Both the position numbers and the translations under genes were made by a program. Source: Eledone cirrhosa (Eukaryota). From it: a stretch of DNA of 64,000 bases. Under the pieces are notes generated by a model, which was not told where the DNA came from, did not search any database, and worked only from the letters and a program-made list of their open reading frames with translations. This document shows positions 14,101 through 24,700 of the stretch, in pieces. The stretch spans positions 403,682,001-403,746,000 of the forward strand of contig OZ024740.1 in assembly GCA_964016885.1 (NCBI GenBank). Direction: 5' to 3'. Positions within the stretch are counted from its first letter, which is position 1, and each line of letters begins with the position of its first letter.

Positions 14101-14800
14101 TAGGCTCTACTTGCCGGCAAGGACAAGTTGAGCTTCCAGTAACCGGGGCCCTGTCTATGCGTTCTATTAAGGTTGACCATGCAGGTCACCAACTTGTGGT
14201 CTGAATAGCCAACCATGAGCATTTCTGGACAACTTAAAAAGTCCCTGTCCTTATTTCTAACTAAAAATCTATCTAGGTACGACCTAGATGATCCGCTGAG
14301 ATTTGACCAAGACCAGGTTGGCACCGTCGGAAAATCTAGTCGAAATCTATCGGCCAGGTCAAATCGGCCGAGTAACCCCTTGAGGCTGTTGCACCCCTCT
14401 CTATCGGGACATGCCCTGCATAGTCCCCACGTGCATCCAGGATACCATTCCAATCCCCCACTAAAAGCAGGGAACGGGACGTCCCTAGAAAAGACTCCAG
14501 ACGCTGGAAAAAGTCGGGCCGCTCTGTCCTAAAAGGGGCATATGCGGCTATCAGCCTAAAGGCTCTACCTTCACCACTGCCAAGGTCCAGCACCACCAGT
14601 CGACCCCCTGGGTCCAAGTGAGCTATCTGTGTTGCAAGGCCCATATGTTTTTGCAGCAGAACGACAATCCCACCCCACCTCCGGGCTGACAGAGAGATGC
14701 GTGCATCTCAAAGTCGTCAAAGGTGGGGGCTAACTGTCGCATGCTGCTGATCCGGGCCTCGCAGATAACCATCACATTTATAGATTGTGACCTGAGGTCA
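11168..14800 (-). mobile_element. Tx1/L1-clade LINE copy 2, 5'-truncated within the endonuclease, head-to-tail with copy 1
   Basis: Close paralogue of copy 1; its 3' UTR end at 11168-11250 is nearly identical to 7120-7200. Confidence 0.92.
11439..14453 (-). CDS. LINE ORF2 remnant: C-terminal APE half, reverse transcriptase and Zn knuckle (1004 aa open)
   Basis: YLDRFL...SDH, KSPGLDG, QGCPLS, YADD, GGLG, CPRCVCDEETVAHALVHC; N-terminus frameshifted. Confidence 0.88.
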   Translation of the reverse strand: MEWYPGCTWGLCRACPDREGCNSLKGLLGRFDLADRFRLDFPTVPTWSWSNLSGSSRSYLDRFLVRNKDRDFLSCPEMLMVGYSDHKLVTCMVNLNRTHRQGPGYWKLNLSLPASRAYRDRISTLVKERLTGAIVNSRWWVSLKREIRVVSIEFSKVLAADRNRKKRELIDRVEEAIRSGDVARVLASRTALSQFFDAKHEGCVVRSKIRALGNEGTKAVSWARVTEANSGTKSTIRSLRDLDGRAILEPKQMCEAFQRHFARLFGRGGEPVGNVDFGPYLDGLPRLSDREAKSCEGPISAAEIEDVLSQCGKRKSPGLDGFPYELYLVMPDLFPDLLEAVYCNWQQNGRIPCTVTKGVVTLGRKDENKGDEISNFRPITLLNTELQILAKVLAKRLALVVGNLVGDAQTCAIPSRSIHYNLHLMRYIIERVGNEPGFGGALINLDQSKAFDRVDHGYLDAVLAAAGFGPVFRGWITAMHSSRICSRVKVNGYFSEPFKIARSIRQGCPLSSLLYVLTLEPLLRKLELLQGIPLEPGLRKAVSAYADDVTVMVSTASEIEAVGTLLEEYERFTGAKLNRDKSIGLQLGTWRGRPMPSNGVVGRWTEGPVKLLGVWFGPGLPVEKNWAEVTNRVFALTQKWASCKLSLKGRAEVANTYIASVIYYRLTVVPCRRETLTKMERALFQFLWKRRAPMVRRSICCQHPSKGGLGMPWLMMRKHALRLRHLYVFLTGQPVWASFVRRTFPRLVSLTELQSWVKQRPRKLGAWHTECARALTALWQADPVISGDSTATFYRGLVRSRCDDTLGEALDMEEDELASLFGRTFSPGPMDNFQKSLAWQCYRGALPVRERLYRHGRPGRDPAKKICPRCVCDEETVAHALVHCSGVADLWGYVEQLPSRVGPIRLTTESIVMIKPPPPFKDEAEAVFLCVIAMAKEVVWWTRLKGLRSGTFLAGQQLVRFFRYHFGRRIRMEREVLHPSRFYERWVKVARMTRVNGPSLYISL

Positions 14801-14965
14801 TAAATAGATAAATATACACGGTGTGTATGATTGTGTATAGAAGATTATATTAATAAGAGGAATTCCAACTTTGTCTGATTTACTCGTTTTATTTACAATC
14901 CTTTAACATTTATAATGGTATTATAATGAAATAGTATGATAGAATATTAAATTCTAAGTGTTAAT

Positions 14966-15004
14966 TGAACAAGTACTTTCATGCTTTCGCAATCTTCAGG
15001 TTCA
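14966..15004 (-). ncRNA. Minimal type I hammerhead (mirror copy)
   Basis: Reverse complement of 15078-15116. Confidence 0.8.
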
Positions 15005-15077
15005 TAATATGTGGTGACAGTCAAGTTTGCAATTTTCGACAGTTGAAAATTGCAAACTTGACTGTCACCACATATTA

Positions 15078-15116
15078 TGAACCTGAAGATTGCGAAAGCA
15101 TGAAAGTACTTGTTCA
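15078..15116 (+). ncRNA. Minimal type I hammerhead ribozyme
   Basis: TGAAC-CTGAAGA-TTGC GAAA GCAT-GAAA-GTAC-TT-GTTCA: perfect stem I, GNRA-capped stem II, palindromic stem III. Confidence 0.82.
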
Positions 15117-15251
15117 ATTAACACTTAGAATTTAATATTCTATCATACTATTTCATTATAATACCATTATAAATGTTAAAGGATTGTAAATAAAACGAGT
15201 AAATCAGACAAAGTTGGAATTCCTCTTATTAATATATATATATATATATAT

Positions 15252-15398
<147 letters not shown>

Positions 15399-15724
15399 TA
15401 TAGAGAAAAATACTGCAGGTAGCACATGGTAACATGTAATAAAATAAGTCCCTCATCAGTGATTTGCCGAAGATCATAGATATTTCATTGCATTAAAAAT
15501 CATATATCTCACTTCGGTGCAATAATAACCAAAATAAGTTATTAGGACAATTAAAACGCGTAAAGCGAGTGAGACAGGAGAACAACAGAAAATATAGCAT
15601 ACCGTAGGGGAGAAACAAGCTTCAAAAATTATTATGTTTAGCATAAGCTAGGTGAATATATGAGCGCTTAGAGAATAGTACCAACACGAACGAAGGCTAT
15701 TGAGCAGAGAGAGAAAAAATAGCG

Positions 15725-15769
<45 letters not shown>

Positions 15770-15862
15770 TATTTATATGTATATATATATATATATGTAT
15801 ATTTATAATTTTCGTTAGGTTATTTATTAATATATATATGTATATATATAGGAACAAGTAAG

Positions 15863-15956
15863 ACCCCGACGGCTGAGCTCAAGCCGTTTCGACGGCTAAT
15901 TCTGGACTGAATGAAAATTTATTCTGGTATTTAAATAGCCGAGCTTATCAAGGGGT
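15863..15956 (-). ncRNA. Type I hammerhead, U3-A8 core variant
   Basis: Reverse complement of 18016-18109. Confidence 0.75.
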
Positions 15957-16340
15957 AATTCCATATATGGTCAAAGAGATAATCACCAGGATTGGTCACA
16001 TCACAAGTTAGTAGTAAATCTGTGATGGCAAATTGGTGGGGGAAGGGGTAGCTGAACCTGCCGGTAGGAGAAAAAGGGAGAGGGGGTGGAGTAGACCCAT
16101 TCGTGCGTTGGTAGTGCCGGCTACAGCTGGGTGTGAGGTCAAAGAGGATACTGGGGAGGGGGAGGGGGAGGAAGTCGAAACGGTAAGTAGAACAATGAAA
16201 GGTAAAACTATAAAAAGTACTGAGAGAGAAAAAAAATAAGCAGTCTGATTACTAAGACTTAAGTCTCTCGCTATTGCTAGGCTAAAGAAATACATAAATA
16301 AATAAACAAATAAGTGAATAAAAGAATAGATAAATAAATT

Positions 16341-16371
<31 letters not shown>

Positions 16372-17145
16372 TAATGAAGAATAAAAAATAAATAAAAATA
16401 AACTAGGTGGGACGGAATTAAAGGGACACTTATACGAGGTATAAATGCGTGTATCGTACGGTGACGGGTCAACAAAGGGGGGGGGGGGGCAAAATACTAA
16501 AGAAACTACCACGAAATAATAAAGGTTCCTACCCCAATCACAGGGCCAGCAACCACCCAGAGCAAGAAAGTAAACTAGTACGAGAATATAATTCAGGGTC
16601 CCGCAAAAAAATACTCGTGCTAACTCTAAGGGTACCGCCACGAAACAAAAAGTCTTATACAAGCTACATGAAAGATCGTACGAAGTAAAAGTAAAGAACG
16701 GAAAATTAATACAGAACCCCCCCCCCCCCCCCCCCCCCCCAAAAAAAGGGAAAAAGAGGAAAGAAATACTGGATAAACGAGAAATTAAAGCAAAGATGCC
16801 ACTAAGAAATATAGAAGGCACGGAAAAAAGGGACAGCGGTCGGAGAAGGGGGCAAGTATCCGAAGTCTAACACCTCTGCTATAAAAAGCGGAGTCAGCCA
16901 AATCTATCATAGAATAGGGGAGGGGTGGTGGTGCTGAAGCTACAAGGGACCGAGGGGCTACCTCGGGTGGGCGAGAAAAAGACGACGACAAAGAAAGGGA
17001 ACTGGGGTAGAAGGACTAGGGAGGGATGGGGAAGAAGGAAATATAGAGGAAGCGATAAAAGAATGTAAAAGAAGATCTTACGTCTCCATTGGCAAGCAGG
17101 GGTTACCCCTTACAAAATAGGCAAGTGGGGTGTTATAGCCCTAGT

Positions 17146-17850
17146 CTACCTCCCCGGGTCATTATGGGGTTTGAGGGCGAGGTAAGTCTTACGTAATCGG
17201 TGTTTACATGCAGTAACCAGTTCATCTTTCTTGTTTAGGAGTTGGTCCGTCGAAAACAGCATTTGTAAAGTTTCCTCCGAGCATAAATTGCACGGACGGC
17301 GTCCTCCCGTGTAAGAGTTGGCTCTGGACAGTAATTTCCAAGTGAGATCATAGTTGATGTTGTTGTCTTTGAGGTCCCATATGTGGCCCGAAAGTGTAGT
17401 GGCGTGACGCCGGGCCGGGTATCGGAAGGTATGTCTGTGTTGGTATAGCCGGGTCTTGAAGTCACATGCGGTTAATCCTATATAAGCTTTGTTGGAGGTG
17501 TCAGTGCTCACGTTGCACTGGTAGATCACATTACGGTATCTGCATCTGTTGTCGAGGGGGCAACTGGATCTATCAGGACAGTTGCACCTCCTGGTCGGCT
17601 CTCCACTGCTATTTAGGTTGTTTCTTCCATCGGGGTTGAGTTTTTTGTTGTTGGAGGAGACGATGTTTTGTGCGAAGTTAGGTGTAGTGCTGTAAGAGAG
17701 TTTGATGGTATTTTTGTTAATTATGTCGTGGTAGCGGTGTTGAGGTGGGAACTGTTTTTCAATGAGCCTAAAGAAAATTTTCCCGATGGGAGTTGTCACC
17801 TCGGCGTTGTGGGGAGGATTGAACCATGTTACATTGCGTGAGCGGCGGTG
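17146..17850 (-). CDS. Penelope C-terminal GIY-YIG endonuclease domain
   Basis: VTWFNPP, KLSYS, CNC...CPLDNRC, NVIYQC...YIGLT...FKTRLYQH, CNLCSEE, LLNKKDEL..CKH. Confidence 0.9.
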   Translation of the reverse strand, partial: HRRSRNVTWFNPPHNAEVTTPIGKIFFRLIEKQFPPQHRYHDIINKNTIKLSYSTTPNFAQNIVSSNNKKLNPDGRNNLNSSGEPTRRCNCPDRSSCPLDNRCRYRNVIYQCNVSTDTSNKAYIGLTACDFKTRLYQHRHTFRYPARRHATTLSGHIWDLKDNNINYDLTWKLLSRANSYTGGRRPCNLCSEETLQMLFSTDQLLNKKDELVTACKHRLRKTYLALKPHNDPGR

Positions 17851-18015
17851 TCGCCTGCTGGTTCCGCTAATGGGAGCTGGACAGTAGGATATTTCCTCCC
17901 GCTAATGGGAGCTGGACAGTAGGATATTTTCCCCACCAATTTGCCATCACAGATTTATTACTAACTTGTGATGTGACCAATCCTGGTGATTATCTCTTTG
18001 ACCATATATGGAATT

Positions 18016-18109
18016 ACCCCTTGATAAGCTCGGCTATTTAAATACCAGAATAAATTTTCATTCAGTCCAGAATTAGCCGTCGAAACGGCTTGAGCTCAGC
18101 CGTCGGGGT
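18016..18109 (+). ncRNA. Type I hammerhead, U3-A8 core variant
   Basis: ACCCC-TTGATAA-GCTCGGCTA...TAGCCGTC-GAAA-CGGCT TGAGCTC AGCCG-TC-GGGGT; GUC cleavage triplet. Confidence 0.75.
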
Positions 18110-18429
18110 CTTACTTGTTCCTGTGCGTTATGGTCCACCTGGTTCCTTACCACATTTCCTTCGTTATGTATATATATATATATATATATATGATTGGGGC
18201 GGGTGCATATTTTTATACATATATATATACATTTATGTGTGGATTTCCCGCATGTTAGATGCGATTCTGTAAGTGCTATACAGACTGCTTGATTCACATA
18301 TGGCTACGTCTCTCAGATGCATCATTTCACATCTGTTGCTAAGTTATACTAGGCATATTGCATTTAGTAGTAGTATTGGTGTGATGTATGCGTACATGAA
18401 TGCATAGATACATACATACATAAATATAT

Positions 18430-18838
18430 GGTGGCTGCCAACTCGTTTTCGAGTACGGCCACTACTCTATATCCATGTAGGAGAACCCCTACCGAAGTGG
18501 TGAACGAGTGTGACTTTTTAGTCCAGCCAGCGACTTGAATACTCTGGTACAAACACTACACTTGTGACAATTATTGACACATAATGCTGGGCTCATGGTA
18601 CCATGTGACGACAAGTGCAGAGAGATCTCCAGATATAAAGCACTGCCTGTACCGTGAAGCTTTTATAGTGAGCAAAGGCACTGCACAAAGCCAGTCCCAC
18701 TCTCTTAACCAAGATGATATTTACCAAAAAGAAGAACAAGTCAACATCATTGGATACCATCAGGGTTGCAGGTGTTATATCAGAGTTTTCCTTCTCCTAG
18801 AATTCTGCCTTGACAAAGGCTAAGGGGTCATCTCTCCC
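18430..18838 (-). mobile_element. Short non-autonomous RTE-derived element
   Basis: Close copy at 63210-63610; RTE-like C-terminal CxxCTRVFKSLAGLKSH joined to a TTTTCCTTCTCCTAG...AAGGCTA block typical of RTE 5' UTRs. Confidence 0.6.
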
Positions 18839-19129
18839 GTATAAATATATACATACATACGTACATACTTACGTACATACATACGTACATACATACGTAC
18901 ATACATACGTACATACATACGTACATACATACGTACATACATACGTACATACATACGTACATACATACGTAACATACATACATACATTTCATTTCTTTTA
19001 CAACCTTGCCACCAGGAAGGTGCCGGTCAAAAAAATATACTCGAAATTAAGAGAAAGAGATAATACATACATACATACATACATACATACATACATACAT
19101 ACATACATACTTACATACATACATACATG

Positions 19130-19435
19130 ATGGCTGCCCCCTCGTTATCGTTATGGCCATTGCACGATATACCATTATTAATAATTATTAATCAATTCTG
19201 TCGTGCAATGCCTGTGTGTGAAGATATATTTTAAAGTGAGGGAAAAACTGTGCACTGAGTCAATCCCACTCTCTGAGCGAGAGTAGCTATAACCCGAAAA
19301 GAAGAAAAGATCAACATCATCGCTGACTACTGAGCCGCAGGTTTTATATCGGGAGTTATCCCAGTTTCCTGAGTTGCCTTCTCCTAGAAGAATGCCCTGA
19401 CAAAGGCTAGGGGTCCTCTTCACTCCCAGTGGTTT
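19130..19435 (-). mobile_element. Related RTE-derived short element
   Basis: Shares GCCTTCTCCTAGAA...TGACAAAGGCTAGGGGTC and the TGGCTGCC end with 18430-18838; flanked by (TACA)n. Confidence 0.5.
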
Positions 19436-19737
19436 AACATACATACATGCATACACACATACATACACATACACACGTATCTAAGGGTATTTATTTGCTT
19501 ACATATTACTTATATTATTCGGGTTGGAGTGCCTTAGTATGGTAGTTTGATATTATAAGAAAGCAATAAGATCAAGTGTGTTTTCACGGTAAGTTTCCAA
19601 ACATGAGAAAAAAATATCATTATTCTACTATAAAACATTATCAACAGCAAATAGGTAAAAATCTCTCTTTTTGAAGATTTTCTATGAAAAATATCATATA
19701 CGTATTTATATGAATACTTATATATATATATATATAT

Positions 19738-19895
19738 AAATGTAATCTGAGTTTTTCGAATATTAATAATATTCGATTCGTTTGCAATTATGCTAACAAG
19801 CCTCACTTTTAAAGACATGTCAGCAGAATGAGCCCCTCATAATTGCAAACGAATCGAATATTATTATTAATATTCGAAAAACTCAGATTGCATTT
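19738..19895. mobile_element. MITE-like hairpin
   Basis: AATCTGAGTTTTTCGAATATTAATAATATTCGATTCGTTTGCAATTATG is inverted around a ~40-nt spacer. Confidence 0.6.
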
Positions 19896-20045
19896 CAGAA
19901 TATTATTATTAATAAAAAACTGAGAATATTATTATTAATGTTCAAAATTTTTTTTAATTTACACATATATATATATATATATATGTAAAGAGATAGAGAT
20001 AGAGAGAGAGGGAGAGAGAGAGACTGAAAGAGAGAGAGAGAGAGG

Positions 20046-20114
<69 letters not shown>

Positions 20115-20377
20115 AGTAGAATCGAAGTCAGTGTTGCAACATATATATAAAATTTAATAGCATTTTACAATTGTTTCGATATCGATCAGCTCAGGTCATA
20201 ATGACGTGGCCCGACTCATTTTCGACATCTCCTCAGATATGCGAGTTTATATGTGCAAAGACATCTAAACTGTTGACAGATACCCCGGGATCCTTTTATA
20301 TACAATTATTATACAGAGATAGTAAAATACGAAAAAAACTAAAAAATAATAAAGGATAAAAGATAAATAATAATAGT

Positions 20378-20584
20378 AATGGTTTTTGATTTAGGCACAA
20401 GGCCAGCAATTTTGGAGGAGGAGAAAGTTGATTAAATTTACCCCAGTGCATTACTGGTGCTTTATTTTATCGAACCCGTAAAGATGAAAGGCAAAGTTAA
20501 CCTTGTCGGGATTTGAACTCAGAAGGCAAAGAGCCATAACTCTATGCTGCAAAGCATGTTATCTGACGCTCTACCGATTCTACC

Positions 20585-20585
<1 letters not shown>
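20378..20585 (-). mobile_element. tRNA-derived SINE
   Basis: Reverse of the 2185 consensus (GATGAAAGGCAAAGTTAACC...GATTTGAACTC). Confidence 0.75.
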
Positions 20586-20654
<69 letters not shown>

Positions 20655-20656
<2 letters not shown>

Positions 20657-20870
20657 GTTTCTTATTTAGGCACAAGGCCAGCAATTTGGGGAGAGGGGGA
20701 GTGGACCAAATCGACCCCAGTGCGTGACTGATACTTTATTTTATTGACCCCGTGGGGATGAAAGGCAAAGTTAACCTCGGCGGGATTTGAACTCAGACCG
20801 TAAAGGACCGTAACTCTATGATGCAAATCATAGCGTCCGACCCTCCACCGATACTGCCAATTTACCGCCC

Positions 20871-20872
<2 letters not shown>
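20655..20872 (-). mobile_element. tRNA-derived SINE between (TAA)n tracts
   Basis: Same consensus; (AAT)n at 20586-20654 and 20871-20922. Confidence 0.78.
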
Positions 20873-20922
<50 letters not shown>

Positions 20923-20923
<1 letters not shown>

Positions 20924-21057
20924 CTTACTTTATTAACCACAAGGGTTGACACAAAGTACAACATTAAGGACAACACAGGACAATACAAATGGGCATTTCT
21001 GCGTGTAAAAAAACAAAAACAGAGCGTGACAAAAGGAAACAATGAAAATTCCCAATA
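20923..21057 (-). mobile_element. Tx1 3' UTR terminal fragment
   Basis: Matches 21780-21925 (CAAATGGGCATTTCTGCGTGTAAAAAAA). Confidence 0.65.
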
Positions 21058-21410
21058 GTAATAATGATAATCTATTTATTAATTTCAAGAACGTCAGTAT
21101 TCCGTGTGTCATAATTCTCGATTATCATTGGTTCATAGGTTTCAAACGACTCCGCCCACCTCAACGATGCCAAACAGAAATTAATATGCATAATGCCAAT
21201 GAGGGAGTGAGAGGGGAGAGTAAGAAACAGAGAGGCAAAGTAAACGCTGTAACTATTACCATGTGTGCGTGTGTATACGTGCGCGTATGTTTATGTGTGT
21301 GTGCGAGCGTGCAGCGTTCCACAGAAAGTAAAAACTATCAACATGTGTGAGTGTGGAAGTGTGTGTAAGTTGAACACGAACTGGCTGAGCATCATCTTTT
21401 ATATTAATTA

Positions 21411-21768
21411 TCTATATCTATATCAACATATAATATAAAAGATTGGAACTTCCATCATCCTTTTGAGAAACGTGGAACAGCTACGTCTATGCAATGATAC
21501 ACGTTTTGCAGTCAGGAAGAAGATGAACCATCTCCTAGAAGTCACTATTCTAGGTGGGAGCACCTAGAATTGTTCATATACTATGCACAAACGGTACAAC
21601 GAAGAATCTGGTATATCTGGAAGAATTTTAAAACTGTTTTCTGTATCACACAGATACCACGGACTCGCCTCATACTGTAAACAGACAAACATCAATACAG
21701 TCATTTTCTATTTTACCTGTCTTCTCTTATCATCTGTTTACCCGGGCGAAGCTGGGTACGTCAGCTAG
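21411..21768 (+). mobile_element. Non-autonomous Helitron
   Basis: A|TCTATAT 5' end, subterminal hairpin CCCGGGCGAAGCTGGG, CTAG|T 3' end. Confidence 0.65.
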
Positions 21769-21777
21769 TAATAATAA

Positions 21778-24700
21778 TGCTTTCTTTATTGACCACAAGT
21801 GTTTACACAATGTAAGACATTAAGGACAATACAGGACAATACAGGATGGAACAAATGGGCATTTCTGCGTGTAAAAAAAAAAAACAGAGGATGTAACAAA
21901 AAAGAAACAATGAAAAATTCCCCAATAGGGGGGAGACTTCCGAGGGACATTCGTGGAGAAAGCCCATTAAAAAGCCACGGTGACCCTGACCACCAGGGCA
22001 AGTGCCATCTCACAGTTTTCCACCTTCAATTTACAGACACATACTCAGAGTAGGCCCATTCACTCGGGTCATGCTTGCCTCTCTCACCCATCTTTCAACA
22101 AAATGCTGGGAAGAGAGCACTTCCCTCTCTACCCTGAATTTCAAATGAAATTTGAAAAAGTTAATCAGAGCATCACCGAAGAGGTAAGTGCTCGTCTTCA
22201 GCCCTTTCAAACGCGACCACCACACTATCTCTTTCGCCATAGCCACCTGACAGATAAAAACTGCCTGCCCTTCCTGGCTAAAGAAAGAGGGCAAGGAAAT
22301 ACTCACGATAGACTCAGCTGATAACCGGATCCGTCCTACACGCGACAGCAGGTTCGACATAAACCCACAAGTCAGCAATGCTCGGACACTGGCCGAGTGC
22401 GTGCAGGACGGTTTCGTCGCCCTGCGCGCATCTCGGACATGCCCGGCTGACGGCATCTCCATGCCTGTAGACTTTATCCCGAACTGGCAAAGCTCCTCGG
22501 TAGCACTGCCAGGCCAGGGATTTCTGGAAGTTGTCCATAGACCCCGGCCTGAAAGTTCTTCCGAAGAGATAGGCTAGTTGATTTTCGTCGACGCCTAGAG
22601 TTTCCCCAAGTACGTCGTCGATCTTCCCCTACACTAATCCTCTATAGAACGCCAAGGTGAAGTTTCCAACGATCACATTGCCCGACTGGTCGAAGGCTAT
22701 GATAGCCTGAAGACATTCCAGTCTCCAAGCGCTCCTTCTCGGTCTTCGCTTGACCCAGGACTGCAGCTCCGTCAAGGAGACAAGCTGGGGAAAGACGCGT
22801 CTAGCAAACGGCGACCACACCTGATCACCGTCGACGAAGAGGTGGAGATGTCGTAGCCTACTGCGTGTCTGCGCATCATCAGCCACGGCATGCCCAGCCC
22901 TCCACGTAGCGGGTGTTGACAGCAGATGGACCGTCTGACCATTGGAGTGCGTCCCTTCCACAAAAAGCGAAAGAGCAAACGCTCCAGCGCAGTCAGGCGA
23001 GGCTTAGGACAAGGCACGACAGTCAGGTGGTAGTAGATGACGGACGCGATGTACGTATTCGCCACCTCCGCACGACCTTTCAGGGATATCTTCCTCTCTG
23101 CCAATTTCTGGGTGAGAGAAGCCACCCTGCTCGTCACCTCGTCCCAGTTTTTGTCCGTCCGGAGGTCCGGACCGAACCAGACCCCTAGCAATTTAACCGG
23201 TCCGTCCGTCCAGCGCCCGACGACGCTGTTGGACGGCAATAACCTGTCTCTCCAGGTGCTGAGCTGCAGGCCCACCGACCTTTCCTGGTTGATCATTGCT
23301 CCTGTCACCGCTTCGTATTCTCTTAGTGTAGTGCCGATCGCCTCGATGTGTTTGGCGTTCGACACCACTACGGTGGCATCGTCCGCATATACTGACACAG
23401 ATCTTCCGCATCCTAGTTCGCGTCCCCCCCCCCTCAACGTCTCCAGTTTGTGCAGTAATAGCTCGAGAGTCAATACGTACAACAGGAACGAGAGGGAGTC
23501 ATCCTTGGCGGACGGTGCGCATGATGTTGAACGGTTCCGAAAGGTGACCGTTCACTCTCACCACAGAGCAGATGTCGCTGTGCATGGCAGCGATCCAGCC
23601 TCTGAAGACTAGACCAAAGCCAGCCGCCCTCATGACTGCCGCCAGATAATGATGGTCGACCCTATCGAAAGCTTTGGACTGATCTAAATTGATCAAGGAC
23701 CCACCCGTGCCAGGTTCCCTAGCTACTCTCTCCACGATGTATCGTATGAGGTGGAGGTTGTCGTGGATGGATCTGTCTGGAATGGCGCATGTCTGCGCCT
23801 CTCCCACCAGACCACCAACGACAAGCACTAACCTCTTTGCTAGCACCTTGCCAAAATCTTAAACTCTGTGTTTAGCAGCGTTATGGGCCTGAAATTATCT
23901 GTTATGCCCCTTGTTCGGATCCTTTCTCAGCACCCCCACCGCTCCTCGGTTCACAGAGCTAGGAATTCTCCCGTTCTGTTGCCAGTTGCAGTAGACGTCC
24001 GCCAAAGGCCTCCGAACAAGTCTGGAATCAGTATATAAAGTTCATAGGGCAGACCATCCAAACCAGGCGATACACCCCTTGTGCAGCCAGTCATTGCCTC
24101 TCGTACTTCAGCGGCTGTTATCGGCTTTTCGCAACAGCTGAGCGAAGTGTCGCTGAAAAGCTTCACACATTTGCCCTGGATCGAATAGCATTCACCCGTC
24201 GAGGTCCACCAAAGACCGGATTGTGGCTTTGTTGCCACGACACGCCTCCGCCACTCGGGCCCATTGAACAGCTTTCGTCCCCTCGTGTCTGAGAGCACGC
24301 ACCCTAGCTCTGACAACGCAGCCTTCGTGCTTTGCATTGAAGAATTGGTCAAGGGCCAATTTCGCCGCAAGTACGTCGGTCGCGATGCCTTTACTAAGTG
24401 CCTCGTCTAATTTTCTAACTAGTTCTCCCTCTGCTCTATTTTTCTCTATTGCTAAAGCATTACTAAACCTAATTGACTCTATTCTAATCGCTCTTTTTAG
24501 AGCAAACAACCATTTGTTGTTGTCGATGGAGCCCGTCAACACCCGCTTAACTAATTCGCTAATCCGGTCACTGTAGACCTTGCGCGCTGTTAATGACGCG
24601 TTTAGCTTCCAGTAGCCAGGTCCCTGTCTATGAAACCTATCTAAGTCAAGCACACAGATCACGAATTTGTTGTCCGTGTAGTCGACTATTTTGAAATGTG

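Larger units (their letters stand above)
14847..15234. repeat. ~388-bp near-perfect palindrome (fold-back pLTR-like element)
   Basis: Arms are reverse complements around GACAGTT at 15038-15044. Confidence 0.92.
15850..18165 (-). mobile_element. Penelope family A element, 5'-truncated, with inverted pLTRs
   Basis: 15850-16045 is inverted at 17930-18122; contains a GIY-YIG ORF; its 3' UTR is shared with 41343-42700; (TA)n on both sides. Confidence 0.88.

Noticed and set aside
15440-15470. ATCACTGATGA(G/A)GGAC hammerhead half-cores here (minus) and at 40065-40080 (plus)
   Set aside because: No downstream GAAA or stem III; at most truncated remnants
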